A model generated the notes under the pieces. It was not told the DNA's origin. It saw only the letters and a program-made list of their open reading frames with translations, and did not search any database. DNA of 64,000 nt from Chiloscyllium plagiosum. Taxonomy: Eukaryota. Shown here piece after piece: positions 25,363-38,375 of this stretch (within the stretch, counting starts at the first letter, position 1; each line of letters opens with the position of its first letter). The stretch spans positions 105,168,300-105,232,299 of the forward strand of contig NC_057718.1 of NCBI RefSeq assembly GCF_004010195.1, in the 5' to 3' direction. The translations under genes were made by a program, and so were the position numbers.

Positions 25363-27030
25363 TAATTGTACTCACCTCCATCTCCACCTCTGGAAGCTTG
25401 TTCCATACATGCACCACCCTCTGCATAAAAAAAGGTTACCCTCTTCCAGGAACAGTCCAGCCATTTTGTGCAAAAGTAGTGAATTATAAAAAGTAGGAGC
25501 AAGCATAGGCCATTCAGCCCTTTGAGCCTGCCCCACCGTTCAATATGATCTTGGTTGATTGTCTAACTCAGTACCTTGTTCCTGCTTTCTCACCATAGCC
25601 TTTGATCCCTTTGGCCCTCAAAACTAAGTCTAAGTCCTTCTTGAAAACATTTAGTGTTTTGGTCTCAACTGCTTTCCATGGCAGAGAATTCCAGATGCTC
25701 CCTGCTGTCTGGGTTAAGAGATTCCTCTTCATTTCATCTCAGTCCTAAATTGCCTATCCCACCCCTGGATCTTGTCTCCCCATCATTGGGAACATCATCC
25801 TTGTGTTTATTGTGTCTACTCCTATCAGAATTTTTTGCGTTTCTATGAGACCCTCCCGATTCTTCTAAACTCCAGTTAATGTAGAGTCATAGAGCTGTAC
25901 AATGCATCCTTTTCATATACCCATCCAGTTGCCTTTTAAATGTTATAATTGTACTAGTCTCCACCACTTCCTCTGGCAGCTCATTCCATACTCTCACCAC
26001 CCGTTGCATGAAAAAGTTTCCCCTTAGATCCCTTTTATATATTCCCCTCTCACCTTAAACCTATGCCCTCTCGTTTTGGACTCCCTTACACTAGGGAAAA
26101 GACCTTGACTATTCACCCTATCCATGCCCCTCACTATTCTATAAACCTCTATAAGGTCACCCCTCAGCCAGGGAAAACAGTCCCAGCCACTCATTGTAGC
26201 TCAAATCCTCCACCCTGGCAACATCCTTGTAAATCTGAGTCCTTTCAAGTTTCACAGTATCCTTTCTGTAGCAGGGAGGCCAGAACTGCACGCAGTATTC
26301 CAAAAGTGGCTTAACCAATGTCCTGTTCAGCCACAACATGACCTCCCAACACCTGTACTCAATGCACTGACCAATAAAGGCAAGCATACCAAATGCCTTC
26401 TTCACGATCCTATCTACCTGAGAGCCCACTTTCAAGGAGCTATGAACCTGCATTCCAAGGTCTCTTTGTTCAACAACACTCTCTAGGACCTTGCCATTAA
26501 ATGTATAAGTCCTGTCCTGATTTGCCTTTCCATCATGCAGCACCTCATGTTTATCTAAATTAAACTCCACCTGCCACTCCTTGGCCCATTAGCACATCTG
26601 ATCAAGATCCTGTTGTAATCTGAGGTAACCGTCTTTGTTGCCGCTACACCACCAATTTTGGTGTCTTCTGCAAAAGGGCAGCACGGTGGCTCAGTGGTTA
26701 GCACTGCTGCCTCTCAGTGCTAAGGACCGGGGTTTGATTCCCGCCTTGAGCAATTGTCTGTGTGGAGTTTGCACATTCTTCCCGTATCTGCGTGGATTTC
26801 TTCCCACAGTCCAAAGATGTGCAAGTTAAGTGAATTAGCCAAGCTAAATTGTCCATAGTGTTAAGTGCATTAGTCAGTGGTAAATGTCAGGAAATGGGTC
26901 TGGGTGGGTTACTCTTCGAAGGATCATTCTGGACCTGTTCGGCCAAATGGGCTGTTTCCATGCTGTAGGGAATCTAATTTAATTTAACCATACCTCTTAT
27001 ATTCACATCTAAATCATTTATATAAATGAC
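25363..27030 (-). mobile_element. CR1 LINE fragments
   Basis: Minus ORF 26157..26570 (MEFNLDKHEVLH...[11 protein letters not shown]), interrupted by a SINE. Confidence 0.8.
26676..26983 (+). mobile_element. HE1-type V-SINE
   Basis: gggcagcacggtggctcagtggttagc start, aatctaat tail. Confidence 0.85.
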
Positions 27031-27856
27031 TAAACCATTTTTTTACAGATCTTTTCTGTACCAGCTTAAGAAAGAAATCTTTTTAAAGCTTTCAATGGTT
27101 TGAAAGTTTTGAAGCAACAAAGTTTTCAGATTATCCTTGTTTGAGTACTGACCTCAGTCGATTGTAAGGGATGCTGTCCTTGTAACTGCCATGGTAATTC
27201 TCTGTGAATACAATCCAATTTTCAGAGGGTTTCTTTAACTTCACTGGGGGAAGAGACTTGTTCATCTTGTCTCTAACTGTGCCTGAGGGTCCTATTCCTT
27301 TGTCCATCGCTTCCAGATCATGGGTGACATTACACACTGGCTGTGTCTCACTACACAGAGATTAAACAGTGGAGGAAGCACTATTAAAAACATTCTCAAG
27401 ATAACAATCTTAGCTGCTGTCTGTTCACAGATTTCTATTGGGCATGTTTTTTTTTACTATACCAAAGATGTCATTTCACTATCAGTTTCAACATCAAGAT
27501 CTACTTTTAGCAGTCTCAGTGTTGTATCTATCCATAGCCTTTTCCTGGTATAAGGTACAGCGCCTTCCATTAGGTTAGCGTTTTTACCAATTCCTGCAGC
27601 TTTCTATTTTCTTTATTCAACTGTAAAATACACAAATGAGCAACGTAGGCTCACTTACTATGGATAGTTCCTAACTCAACTGTTTGTTCCTTAACCTCTA
27701 ATCCTGATTGAACTGGTCTCTCTTTAGTATGTCAAATTATATCAAAGTGGAGCAATTCCATAAAGGTCAGATTTTTATAAAGTAGTTAGGTACATGTATA
27801 ATTATGGAAATCCTACTGTATGGGTTTCTGATCAATCATTTCTTGATGTGTTGTAG

Positions 27857-27969
27857 TCTTCTGTTGGATAATGAGCGATGGAAACAGGCTGAAGTTCCAG
27901 CTGAGTTTCAGGACTTGGTCAATTCCATTGAGGATGGAGTGATTGCTTTACCAGAGAAAAAAGCAACAG
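27857..27969 (+). CDS. vps54: VPS54 coding exon
   Basis: ttgtAG acceptor, GTCAGT donor at 27970. T+LLLDNERWKQAEVPAEFQDLVNSIEDGVIALPEKKAT+G, phase 2/1. Confidence 0.95.
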
Positions 27970-28915
27970 GTCAGTGCTTTGTAGATTATTGGTTAAAAAG
28001 AAGAATCAACTTCTTGTCGGATCCTTCTTGTTGGAGGAAATGTCTTAACTTCTAAATATGGATAGGAATATATTTCTTTGCTGAAAAAACATTGGTTGAG
28101 CTTTCATCTTGGACTCATCAGGACAGTTCGCAAGAAATACCAATAAGGGGGAAAATCAGCATTTACACTGTTTGAGTGTAGGGTACTCATTGGTTGGCAA
28201 TTGGACTCTGCGTAAAAGAATAAGGAAGAGGGGTTGCCCTGGGGAATGCAGCAGTTGATGATGATTGACTGTTGACTGCTTTTGTTGGATTTCAAACAGA
28301 CAGGTTGTCTCTTATTGGTCATGACATTGACCTTTCAGCGCTTCTCACATTTTGTGCTACCAAACAGCTAAACATATTTCTGTATAATTGTAAAATTTTA
28401 AGTGGTTTAAATGTTGAATGTCTTGTTACTTAGCATGTGAAAATGTTCAAATGTTTGAGAATTATACTAGACTGAGCCACCTACAAGAAAGAAAAAACAT
28501 CTATCTCTCCTAGCCTGATTTCATTTGCATTCATAAAAGTGTATACACTCACTATTTTTCTCTTTTTTTTGGTTTGGAACTGAGAGTTGAGGTTGAATTG
28601 AACTTTGAACAGCAGCTTGTTTTAAAAGAGAACAAAAACAGATGTTGGGAACTGACCTGGAAGGTAATGCAACTTAATGTTTTGAGGACATTGGAGATGA
28701 ATCAGCACCAAGCTGTTGCAATGTTCAAGGCTGGCAACTGATTGGATGTTGAATTAGCCAATTGAGGAAGAACTGGCGCTGGCCAACCAATCACAGAGAC
28801 TGTTTAGTGAAAGGAGAAAGAGAACAGTTCTGACTTGGGTTTGGCAGGAGAGCGATTTTCAGAAGCTCCAGATACTGCTGTTGTATTTGGCGCTCTCTAG
28901 TTTTCTGTCACATTA

Positions 28916-29065
28916 CAGAACAACCTGGTTATCCAAGCATTAAGTATCTGAATTTCAGATTATCCGAACAAGATCTCAAGGTCCCGTAAGCACGTTATCC
29001 GAACAATCAGTTATCTGAACAAAATACTCCCTGCCTGTCTCATACGGATAATCGAGGTTGTTCTT
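28916..29065. mobile_element. Tigger/pogo-like MITE
   Basis: TA|cagaacaacctggttatcc ... ggataatcgaggttgttctt|TA terminal inverted repeats with TA TSD. Internal ttatccgaac repeats. Confidence 0.75.
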
Positions 29066-30225
29066 TATTGAACCGTTGAATGTTCTGAGAAATAAAAGAG
29101 TCTCGGTCTGTAGGAAATGGTTGCATATTTCTGGGTGTCTGCTGAAACTGCTGTTATTTGGAACTCAGGCAAAACTTCTATTATGAATATGTGTTAAGAA
29201 TTGTATTCTTGCCTGCGGAATAACCGTTGTCCAAGGATTTCATGAAGGCCTGGTATCCATAATTTGAAATGGTTTATTAAACTGGAAAATTATGATTTTG
29301 TTTATTTTTTAATCTACTTCTTAACTGAGTAGGGGTTATGATCGAAGAAGACTGGGCTTTAGATTGCAGATATTAATTAAATTAACTTGTTTGTCTGTGT
29401 TCTTCTAAAGTTACATTATTCATAATAAATTGTTAATTTTTCTTCAGTTATAAACTTATTATCCAAGATCTGTTATTTGTAAAGATTAGTTAGGAACAAT
29501 TAGCAAATTTTGAGGGCCATTTACTTTTAATTTCACTGTGTTGTGAATCCAATGCTGGTGAGACCCTTTTGGTTTGACTTGCTATCTCTGTATCACAAAA
29601 AAAGGGATTGACAAGAGGCTGAGGCTGCTACTTCTGGTGCTGAAGGTGCTGAGTCTAACTCAATACAGTGATACCAGAAGGTGTCTCAAATATTTGATCA
29701 GTAGGCGAAGCTAGCTGTCTCACACTGTGACTTTGCAGTGAGCACGCACACAATATTTTGACTAACCACCTGCTACCGTCAACCCAGAAATAAGTTTTGC
29801 CAACCACACAAATGAGTAAAGTAGTAAGTGAGTTTCAGTTCCGGTGTAATGCCAGGAATGGAGGCTGTACACCCAACAATATATCCATACATGGCAGATT
29901 TTCTCATCGAGCAAGTGTATATGAATATTGCCAGAGTCTACCTGCCTGGTAGTTTAGCCAACCAGCAAAAACTGTCAGTTAAAGTTTCCTGATACATCAC
30001 TCTGAGAACCGTGATGCAACCAAATCAAAACACTTTTCTCATGCTGTTGAAATTGGTGCTGGATTTCATGTTCCAGTCTTGAAGAGAGCCAAACAAAAAG
30101 CTTTAACTGTCTCTCTTTCTAAAATTGGTAGTTTCTGAGTTATAAAGCAGTTTTGCACAATCAGTATTTATCAAAATATAATTTCGGTAGAAACAACTTG
30201 AAATTTGAAAATATTGCAGAAATTA

Positions 30226-30304
30226 CTATTTCATAATGTGAATAACAATTGCTATTTCATCATATGAATGACAATGACTATTTCATCATATGAATAACAA
30301 CTTG
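30226..30304. repeat. 26-bp tandem repeat x3 just upstream of the 64-nt exon
   Basis: Unit about ctatttcatcatatgaataacaattg, at 30226, 30252 and 30278. Confidence 0.85.
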
Positions 30305-30316
30305 TTTACTCCTTAG

Positions 30317-30380
30317 TTCCACAAGAAAGAAAGCCGGCTGATTTTCTGTTTGTTGATGGGCAGAAATATGCTGTAGTAGG
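30317..30380 (+). CDS. vps54: VPS54 coding exon (64 nt)
   Basis: ccttAG acceptor, GTAAGT donor at 30381. TT+PQERKPADFLFVDGQKYAVV+GG, resembling recalled human EERKPAEVLIVEGQQYAVVG. Phase 1/2. Confidence 0.93.
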
Positions 30381-30710
30381 GTAAGTGCCATTCACTATAG
30401 TGTGAACTATAATTGGGTAAATGCCAGTTTTTGTAGTATAAACTGTAGCTGGGTAAGTGCCATTCATTATGTTGAGGACTGTAATTGGGTAAATGCCAAT
30501 TATTACCCAATTACAGTCCTCAGTATAATGAATGGCACTTAACTCAGTTTCAGTCCTCACTACAATGAATGGCACCTACCCGGATAAATGTGCCATTTAT
30601 ACTGAGGACTGTAATTGGGTAAAGGTCATTCATTATCGTGGGCTGTAGATGGGAAATAGGCATTCATTATACCGTGGGCTGTTGTTGGATAGATACAATT
30701 CATTGTTGTG
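30371..30710. repeat. ~36-bp minisatellite with direct and inverted units, derived from the exon/donor junction
   Basis: Unit about ctgtaNNtgggtaagtgccattcattatNNtgagga. The first unit overlaps the exon end and donor; inverted units at about 30503-30581. Confidence 0.85.
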
Positions 30711-32677
30711 TGGGCTTCCCCCCACCCCCCTGTTCGTTCTTCCATCAGATTAACAGGTTTCATAAAGTTCATAACCATTATTTGCATTGTGGGCGGGAAA
30801 CTCTGCTGTCTGTCAGTGGCTCGGGTTTATTTTATGAAGCTCTGGAGGTTGTTTCCAGCCTTTTCCCTGTTTTGTGATGCTTAATAGCCCATTCTGAAAA
30901 GACTAATATGATTAAGTTTATTTGAGAGTTAGAGAATATACAGAGTTAATGAGCGACAGGAAAAGCAGAATAGTGTTTAAAACAAGGCTTTGCTTCCTGG
31001 TGATCATAGCCCAGAAGAAGGGTCACTTCTGCAATGTTGGTGGTGAGGTTAAATCCTTGGTTTTCAATTAATGGCCATTGCCCCTCTGCCCAATCCTGGA
31101 AGCTTGCATTTTCTGAAAAATCCAGTGGAAAACACAAGATGACTTTTTATTTAAAATGCCCTGCTGATTGAACAGCTACCAATCCCCCCTGTTACTGTTG
31201 AGGTCCTTCGTGCCTTCACCTATACCACCACCGATGTCACACTTGTCTTACCCTCTAATCCCTCCTACATCCAATTCCTTACCATTCCCCTTTAGGCATG
31301 GGGTCCCATCAAATCGGGTCACAATGTGAAACAGATTTGGAACTTTTGTATAAAACAATAGAACATCCTGTTAACATGTTGACTTGTACATTGTGAGACC
31401 CATCATTAACCCTGAGGTCAGAGATCCTGCATATAGACTCCTAAGCAGATCTTGCACAATTCAATCTGTTTGACATGGAGTTGTTTTGAAACTTTATGGT
31501 GGAAAAACCAGTTTTAAAAACTGCCCTCAAATACATTAATTTAAATAAAAACAGGAAATGATGGAGAAACTCGGCAGGTCTGGCAGCATCTGTGGAGAGA
31601 AAGCCGAGTTAATGTTTCAAGTCGAGTATGACTCTCCAGAAGTGGAATGATCGTTGTCCCTACTGGAGTCAGGCTGGAGGTGCTGCTTTCATACCACACT
31701 TCACCATCAATCACAAAATATTTGTCAAAACAGTTTCTCCAAGATCCGTTTCATGATTGACAGGATATATTTTTGTAATAATCCACAGACAAATTAGTAG
31801 AGAATAATATCGATATACATTTAACAAAGTAAATAATTCAGACTAAAATATCAGTATATTACTGCATCATGCAATAACTTAGTGCAAATGCCCACATATC
31901 ATTAAAACTATTTCCATTTTTGAGGAATTGGATGATTTTAAACAGGTGGCCATTGACCACTTGACATCATTGCACCAAAAATTGATCATTTATGAAGGGA
32001 AAGCTTCTCCAGCAATTTGTCATTGAACAACCTTCCAATTTTACCAGAGTTGTTTGTGCTGTCCAAAGTGAGGACAGAGCAAGGATCAGTCAGCAAGCTG
32101 AGTGTAGATCACCTAGCCAGCTAATTAGCAATGAAATGACGGACTTAAGTGAACTGATGGAGGAGAGATACTGCAAGGTTTCAGAGTAGGCAGCATCGTG
32201 TATATTGAGGTGCTGAGAGAGCAGTACCTTCACGTTTCCAAGTGCATGAGTGTGCCAAATAGACATGAGCAAATGAAATTGCTTTGGTGTCAGCACAGGT
32301 ACGGAAAACTGAAAATGTTATTCTTTTTAAAACATGTATGTTGGAAATATAAATGTGATACTGTGCCATACTTTAAACTGTGTTTTACTGAACAAAGACA
32401 TGTTTTGCCAAGTCAGCACATGGGTGTCACCTATTTTGTTGAGTTGAAACAGGCACAGTGTGAGAATGTGTTATTTCTGTCTGCAAAGGACAAGATCCTG
32501 TTAATAATGCAGGGAGTTTCCAGGATATGCAGACAGAAAAAACATGTGAACACAATATGCCTGTTTCAACTCAACAAAATAGCTGAGCCATTTGTTGGCT
32601 CACCTCTGACTAATCATAGTCAAACTATTTTAAGGTGTAATCAAAGCCTGGGAATTAAATATTAGTCAGCATTAAAA

Positions 32678-35600
32678 GAACGAAGAACAATACAGCACAA
32701 GAACAGGACCTTTGGCCCTCCGAGCCTGCACTGGTGCATTTTGCCCTTCCCTGCTAAACCTGTCTTCACTTACAGGCTCTGTATTCCTCTGTTCCCTTTC
32801 TATTTATGTATTTGTCCAGGTGCTTCTTGAATGCTATTACTGTGTCTGCTTCTATCACCTCCTCTGGCAGTGTGTTCCAGGCACTCACCACCCTTTGTGT
32901 GAAGAACTTGCTTTGCGCATCTCTTTTAAACTTCCCACCTTGCATCTTGAATCTGTGTTCCTGAGTAATTGACCCCTCCAACCTGGTAAATAGCCTCATA
33001 CTTTCCACTCTATCCATAGCCATTCACAATCTTATGAACTTCTGTTAAGTTGCCCCTCGACCTCATGCGTTCCATTGAAAACAAACCCTGTTTACAAACC
33101 TAGGATGCATTCTCCATGGCAATACCCTACTTACCAGAGTCACCACTTGCCAACCAATCAGTACTCTGTTCTCATGCATACAAGTGTTGAGCTTCCCCTC
33201 TAGTTAGTATTCTTGTGAATAATCCTGATGAGTGGAAAACAAAAAGCTTCAACAAAATGTGTCCTTCACTAATACACGTTCTGTATTACAAAACCATTAC
33301 TTATAGTTCAGCCTCTGGAACCTGGACTTTCATGGAATCCCTTTGATAAAATGAAGGCTCCTCCTTCATCTATAGCCTAGCCTTGGCAATTTCCATCAGA
33401 GCTTTTATAAATGCAAAATGATCCTTCTGAACATTCGTCTAGAAATCTTTAACATGGATCTTTGCCAAGAGCCACAGCAGCTTATTGTTTCTGATGCAGC
33501 AGGATCAGTGTTTTTGTGTTTAGAAATGTTTGTTTGAATTGAATTTGCTCTATCTGTATTTTGCTCATAGTGATAAAAGTGCCCTGTAGTCACTTTGTCA
33601 CATGTAAATGATTACCTTAGTCCCATTGTATTCCATCTGCCACTTTTTTGTCCCACTTTCCTAAATTCTCCCAAGTCCATCCACAGCCTCCCCACTTCTT
33701 CAGCATTACTTGTCCCTCTACCCTATCATCGTGTCATCTGCAACAATGTCCTCAGTTCCTTCATCCACTTCGTTACTTTATATCGTGAATAGTTGTGGTC
33801 CCAACATGGACCTCTGGAACTCCATTCGACACCAGCTGCCATCCTGAAAAAGATCCTTTTATCCCCACACTCTGCCTTCAGCTATTCCTCTCTCCCTGTC
33901 AGTATCTTAGCTTATTGAGCAGCCTCCTGTGTGGCATCTTGTCAAAGGCCTCCTGGAAATCCAAATAGATCACATCCTCCTTTGTCTAACTTGCTTGTTA
34001 CCGCCTCAAAGAATTTAAAACATTTGTCAGGCATGACCTTCCTTTGAGGAAGCTGTGCTGTCTGAGCCCAATTTTACTATGCACTTTCAAGTACTCTGCA
34101 ATTTCAGCCTTATTAGCGAATTCTAAAATCTTATTAATGATTGCGGTTAGGCTAACTGCCTCCCCTACCCTCCTTAAACTGGGGTGTTAGATTAGTAATT
34201 TTCCAGTGCTCTGAGATCCTCCCTAATTCCAGTGATTCCTGAAAGCTTACCACCAATGCCTTAGTTGTCTCCTTCAGAACCTGGGGTGTAGTCATAGTAT
34301 CATAGCGATGCACACGCACGGAAACAGACCCGTCGGTACAAACCAGATATTCTAAATTCATCGAGTCCCACCTGCCAGCACTTGACCCGTATCCCTCTAA
34401 ACCCTTCCTATTTGTATACCAATCCAGATGCCTTTTAAATGTACCAGCCTCCTCCACTTCCTCTGGCAGCTCATTCCATACACGCACCACCCTCTGCGTG
34501 AAAAAGTTGCCCCTTAGGTCCCTTTTAAATCATTCCCCTTTCACCTTAAACCCATGCCCTATAGTTCTGGACTCCCCCACCCATGGAAAAATACCTTGTC
34601 TACTTACCCTATCCATGGCCCTCATGAGTTTATAAACCTCTATCAGGTCACCCCTCAGCCTCCAACGCTCCAGGGAAAACAGCCCTAGCCTGTTCAGCCT
34701 CTCCCTGTAGCTCAAACCCTCCAACCCTGGCAACATCCTTGTAAATCTTTTCTGAACCCTTTTAAGTTTCACAATATCCTTCCTATAGGAGGGAGACCAT
34801 AATTGCACACAGTACTCCAAAAGTGGCCGAATTAACATGACCTCCCAACTCCTATTCACAATACTCTGACCAATAAAGGAAAGTATACCCAACGCTGCCT
34901 TCACTATCCTATCTACCTGCGACTCCACTTTCAAGGAACTGTGAACCTGCACTCCAAGGTCTCTTTGTTCAGCAACACTCCCTAGGACCATACCATTAAG
35001 TGTATAAGTCCTGCCCTGAATTGCCATTCCACTTATCTAAATTAAACTCCATCTGCCACTCGGCCCATCTGATCAAGATCCCGTTGTACTCTGAGTAACC
35101 TTCTTCACTGTCCACTGAACCTCCAATTTTGGTGTAATTTACAAACTTGCTAACCGTACTTTGTGTTCACATTGAAATCATCTATATAAATGCTGAAAAG
35201 TAGTGGACCCAGCACTGATTCTTGCAGCATACCACTGGTCACAAGCCTCCAGTCTGAGAAGCAACCGTCCATCACCACCCTCTGTCTTCTACCTTTGAGC
35301 TAGTTCTATATCCAAGTGACTACTCCCTGTATTCCATGCAATCTAACCTTACTAATCAGTCTACCATGAGGAACCTTGTTGAATGCCTTACTGATGTTCA
35401 TATAGATCATGTCCACCTCTCCACCCTCATCAATCCTCTTTGCTATTTCTTCAAAAAACTCAATCAAGTTAGTGAGCCATGATTTCCCATGCATAAAGCC
35501 ATGTTGACTATCCCGAATCAGTCCTTGCCTTTCCAAATACATGTAAATCCTGTCCCTCAGAATTCCCTGCAATAACTTGCCTACCACCGGTCTATAGTTC

Positions 35601-36030
35601 CCTGACTGTTCCTTACCGCCCTTCTTAAACAGTTGCACTATGTTTGCCAACCTCCAGTCTTCCGGGACTGCACCTGTGACGATCGATGATTCAAATATCT
35701 CAGCAAGGGGCCCAGCAATCACTTCTCTAGCTTCCCTGAGAGTTCTCGGGTGCACCTGATCAGGTCCTGAGGATTTGCCCACTTTTAAGCGTTTTAAGGC
35801 GTCCGGCACCACCATCTCTGTAATATGGATATTTCTCAAGATGTCACCATCTATTTCTCCACATTCCATATCTTCCATGTCCTTGTCCACAGTAAACACT
35901 GATCAAAATCCTCATTTAGTATCTTCCCCATCTCCTGTGGTTCCACACAAAGACTGCCTTGCTGATCTTTGAGGAGCCCTATTCTCTCCCTAGTTACCCT
36001 TTTGACCTTAATGTATTTATAAAATCTATT
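32678..36030 (-). mobile_element. Cluster of CR1 LINE fragments
   Basis: Minus ORFs 32766..33023, 34530..35027 and 35306..35899 (PEDWRLANI...SQHGFMHGKSWLTNLIEFFEE...KAFNKVPH). Confidence 0.85.
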
Positions 36031-36688
36031 AACCATCTTGAAACATTTCAGCTTCTGCAGTACCTGCTCCATGGCAATGGCCACTACACTCACCTCTTCA
36101 TGCCAATTAGAATACTTGTTCAGACTATAAAATTTATTAATGGGTTTTCAGCTGTGGTTATGATTGGGGTTACTTTAAATTTTAAGAGCTACACATATTC
36201 TTAAACCTATAAATAAAGTTCAAATGTCCATAAGCATCACTGTAGCACCTTGTCATAGAGTCATACAGTGTTTAAACCAACCCTTCGTTCCAACCAGTTC
36301 ATGCCAACCATAATCCCAAACTAGACTAGTCCCACCTGCCTGCACATGGCCCATATCCTGCCCAAACCTTTCTTATTTAGATAAGTACATGAATGTCTCT
36401 TAGCGGTTGTAACTGTACCTGCATCCACCACTTCATTTGGCAGTTCACTCTACACATGAGCCACTCTTTGTGGGGAAAAAACATTGCCCCTCACTTACTT
36501 CTTAAAACTTTCCCCCCTCATCTTAAAAATATGCGGTATATTTGATCTGCTTGGATTCTGGTGCATTGGCTTATGAAGCAACATTGTACAACAGTTATCT
36601 TGTATATATGGTTATACTTCTTATACAAGTAAGCAATTAATATTGTAAACATTAGATTCATAATTATCTATTTCTTTTCTCTTTTCAG

Positions 36689-36794
36689 GACTGTTTTGCT
36701 GTTAATAAGAATTATATTTGAATACTGTCAGTGTGTAGATGACATTCCTTCCATTACTACTGACATGCTTACTCGCCTCTCAGATTTATTAAAG
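36689..36794 (+). CDS. vps54: VPS54 coding exon
   Basis: Long pyrimidine tract + cAG, GT donor at 36795. G+TVLLLIRIIFEYCQCVDDIPSITTDMLTRLSDLLK, phase 2/0. Confidence 0.95.
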
Positions 36795-37588
36795 GTATTT
36801 GTTATTTAGTGAAAAACTATTTATTATAATAATGTATCTTAGCTGTGATGCTATCCATGGTTGATTAGCTTGCCAGCATGCGTGTAAACAATGATAGCCT
36901 GGACAAGCGTGAGCTCCTGACTAAAAGGGTGGAGAAATAAGGTGACATAAATGAAAGTGAATCTTTGTGGAAATCCTTTAGTTTTCTTGGACTAATGCTT
37001 ACTTTTTATTGGAATGAAATTTGTAATTGCTGATGACCAATATGCTTCTTCCAGTTGCAACTACATGGATTGAATACAGATATAAAGGTCTCCCTACCTG
37101 CAACCTTCTCTGTTTGGTTTGAACATCTGTTGCACTGATGTGAGTTCTTTTGCATTTCTTGAATGAGCTACCTGGCTGGTATCTGTGGATCCAGTTGACA
37201 GTGCTAACTCCTGTTCAGTTCCAGACAGATCATCAGGAAACACTTTGAGATGATTCTTTCCTGACAGAGAGAAACAAACATGTTGTGGGCCCCATTGAAC
37301 TCAAGAGGGCCGAACTCAATTATCCAATATCCTCAAATATATTTCTTCATACCTTTCTCACCTTTAATGTACCAGCTGCTAGAACTTGTTTTATGGTTTA
37401 CAGGCTCTTTGTATCTGTATCAATGTTCAAGTGAAGCTTCCTTTTGTCATTTATTAATTATTTTGAATGGTAATTAACAATTTAGATATCATTGGTTATC
37501 ATCTGGAAAGTTATTCCAAGCAATAATACGTAAATTTAAAGCGTTTCCATAAACACGCTCTTACGGTGTTTTCCTTATTTTCTTTTAG

Positions 37589-37676
37589 CATTTTAATTCT
37601 CGAAGCTGTCAGCTTGTGCTTGGAGCAGGTGCCTTGCAGGTGGTAGGATTGAAAACAATAACTACGAAAAATCTAG
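37589..37676 (+). CDS. vps54: VPS54 coding exon (Vps54 domain)
   Basis: ttttAG acceptor, GT donor at 37677. HFNSRSCQLVLGAGALQVVGLKTITTKNL+G, a highly conserved Vps54 motif. Phase 0/1. Confidence 0.96.
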
Positions 37677-37793
37677 GTATTATTTCTGTCTTTCTTAAGT
37701 AATTGATCTAGCTCATTTTTCTGTGTATTTGTTATGTATTCAGTGAACTTGGCTGTATTCTGGTTAAAATCTTCGAGGAGAAAGTGAGGACTG

Positions 37794-38293
37794 NNNNNNN
37801 NNNNNNNNNNNNNNNNNNNNNNNNNNNNNNNNNNNNNNNNNNNNNNNNNNNNNNNNNNNNNNNNNNNNNNNNNNNNNNNNNNNNNNNNNNNNNNNNNNNN
37901 NNNNNNNNNNNNNNNNNNNNNNNNNNNNNNNNNNNNNNNNNNNNNNNNNNNNNNNNNNNNNNNNNNNNNNNNNNNNNNNNNNNNNNNNNNNNNNNNNNNN
38001 NNNNNNNNNNNNNNNNNNNNNNNNNNNNNNNNNNNNNNNNNNNNNNNNNNNNNNNNNNNNNNNNNNNNNNNNNNNNNNNNNNNNNNNNNNNNNNNNNNNN
38101 NNNNNNNNNNNNNNNNNNNNNNNNNNNNNNNNNNNNNNNNNNNNNNNNNNNNNNNNNNNNNNNNNNNNNNNNNNNNNNNNNNNNNNNNNNNNNNNNNNNN
38201 NNNNNNNNNNNNNNNNNNNNNNNNNNNNNNNNNNNNNNNNNNNNNNNNNNNNNNNNNNNNNNNNNNNNNNNNNNNNNNNNNNNNNNNNNNNNN
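37794..38293. other. Assembly gap (500 N)
   Basis: Exactly 500 consecutive N, a round placeholder length. Confidence 1.
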
Positions 38294-38375
38294 ACATGTG
38301 GGGATACCTCCCACCGTGTACGTGGCAGGCACTCGTGACTTGGCCAGTGTTGAGTGTCTCATATCTCATCACATT

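Noticed and set aside
24858..25363. Possible Tigger-like MITE split by the HE1 SINE
   Set aside because: Internal repeats (gaaatggtgtaaaacgaa / gaaatggcataaagcgaa) and one plausible terminus are visible, but I could not find the matching left TIR.
28436..29597. Possible solo LTR (tgtga...tcaca ends, CCAAT and AATAAA inside)
   Set aside because: No TSD and no second copy in the window; the 5-bp termini could be chance.
30306..30575. Minus-strand ORFs with repeated peptide motifs (GIYPI/GTYP, WHLPNYS)
   Set aside because: These are translations of the 36-bp minisatellite antisense to a VPS54 exon, with no evidence of coding.
32198..32665. 155-aa ORF in a VPS54 intron
   Set aside because: No recognisable domain, an alternative start codon, and composition typical of AT-rich non-coding DNA.
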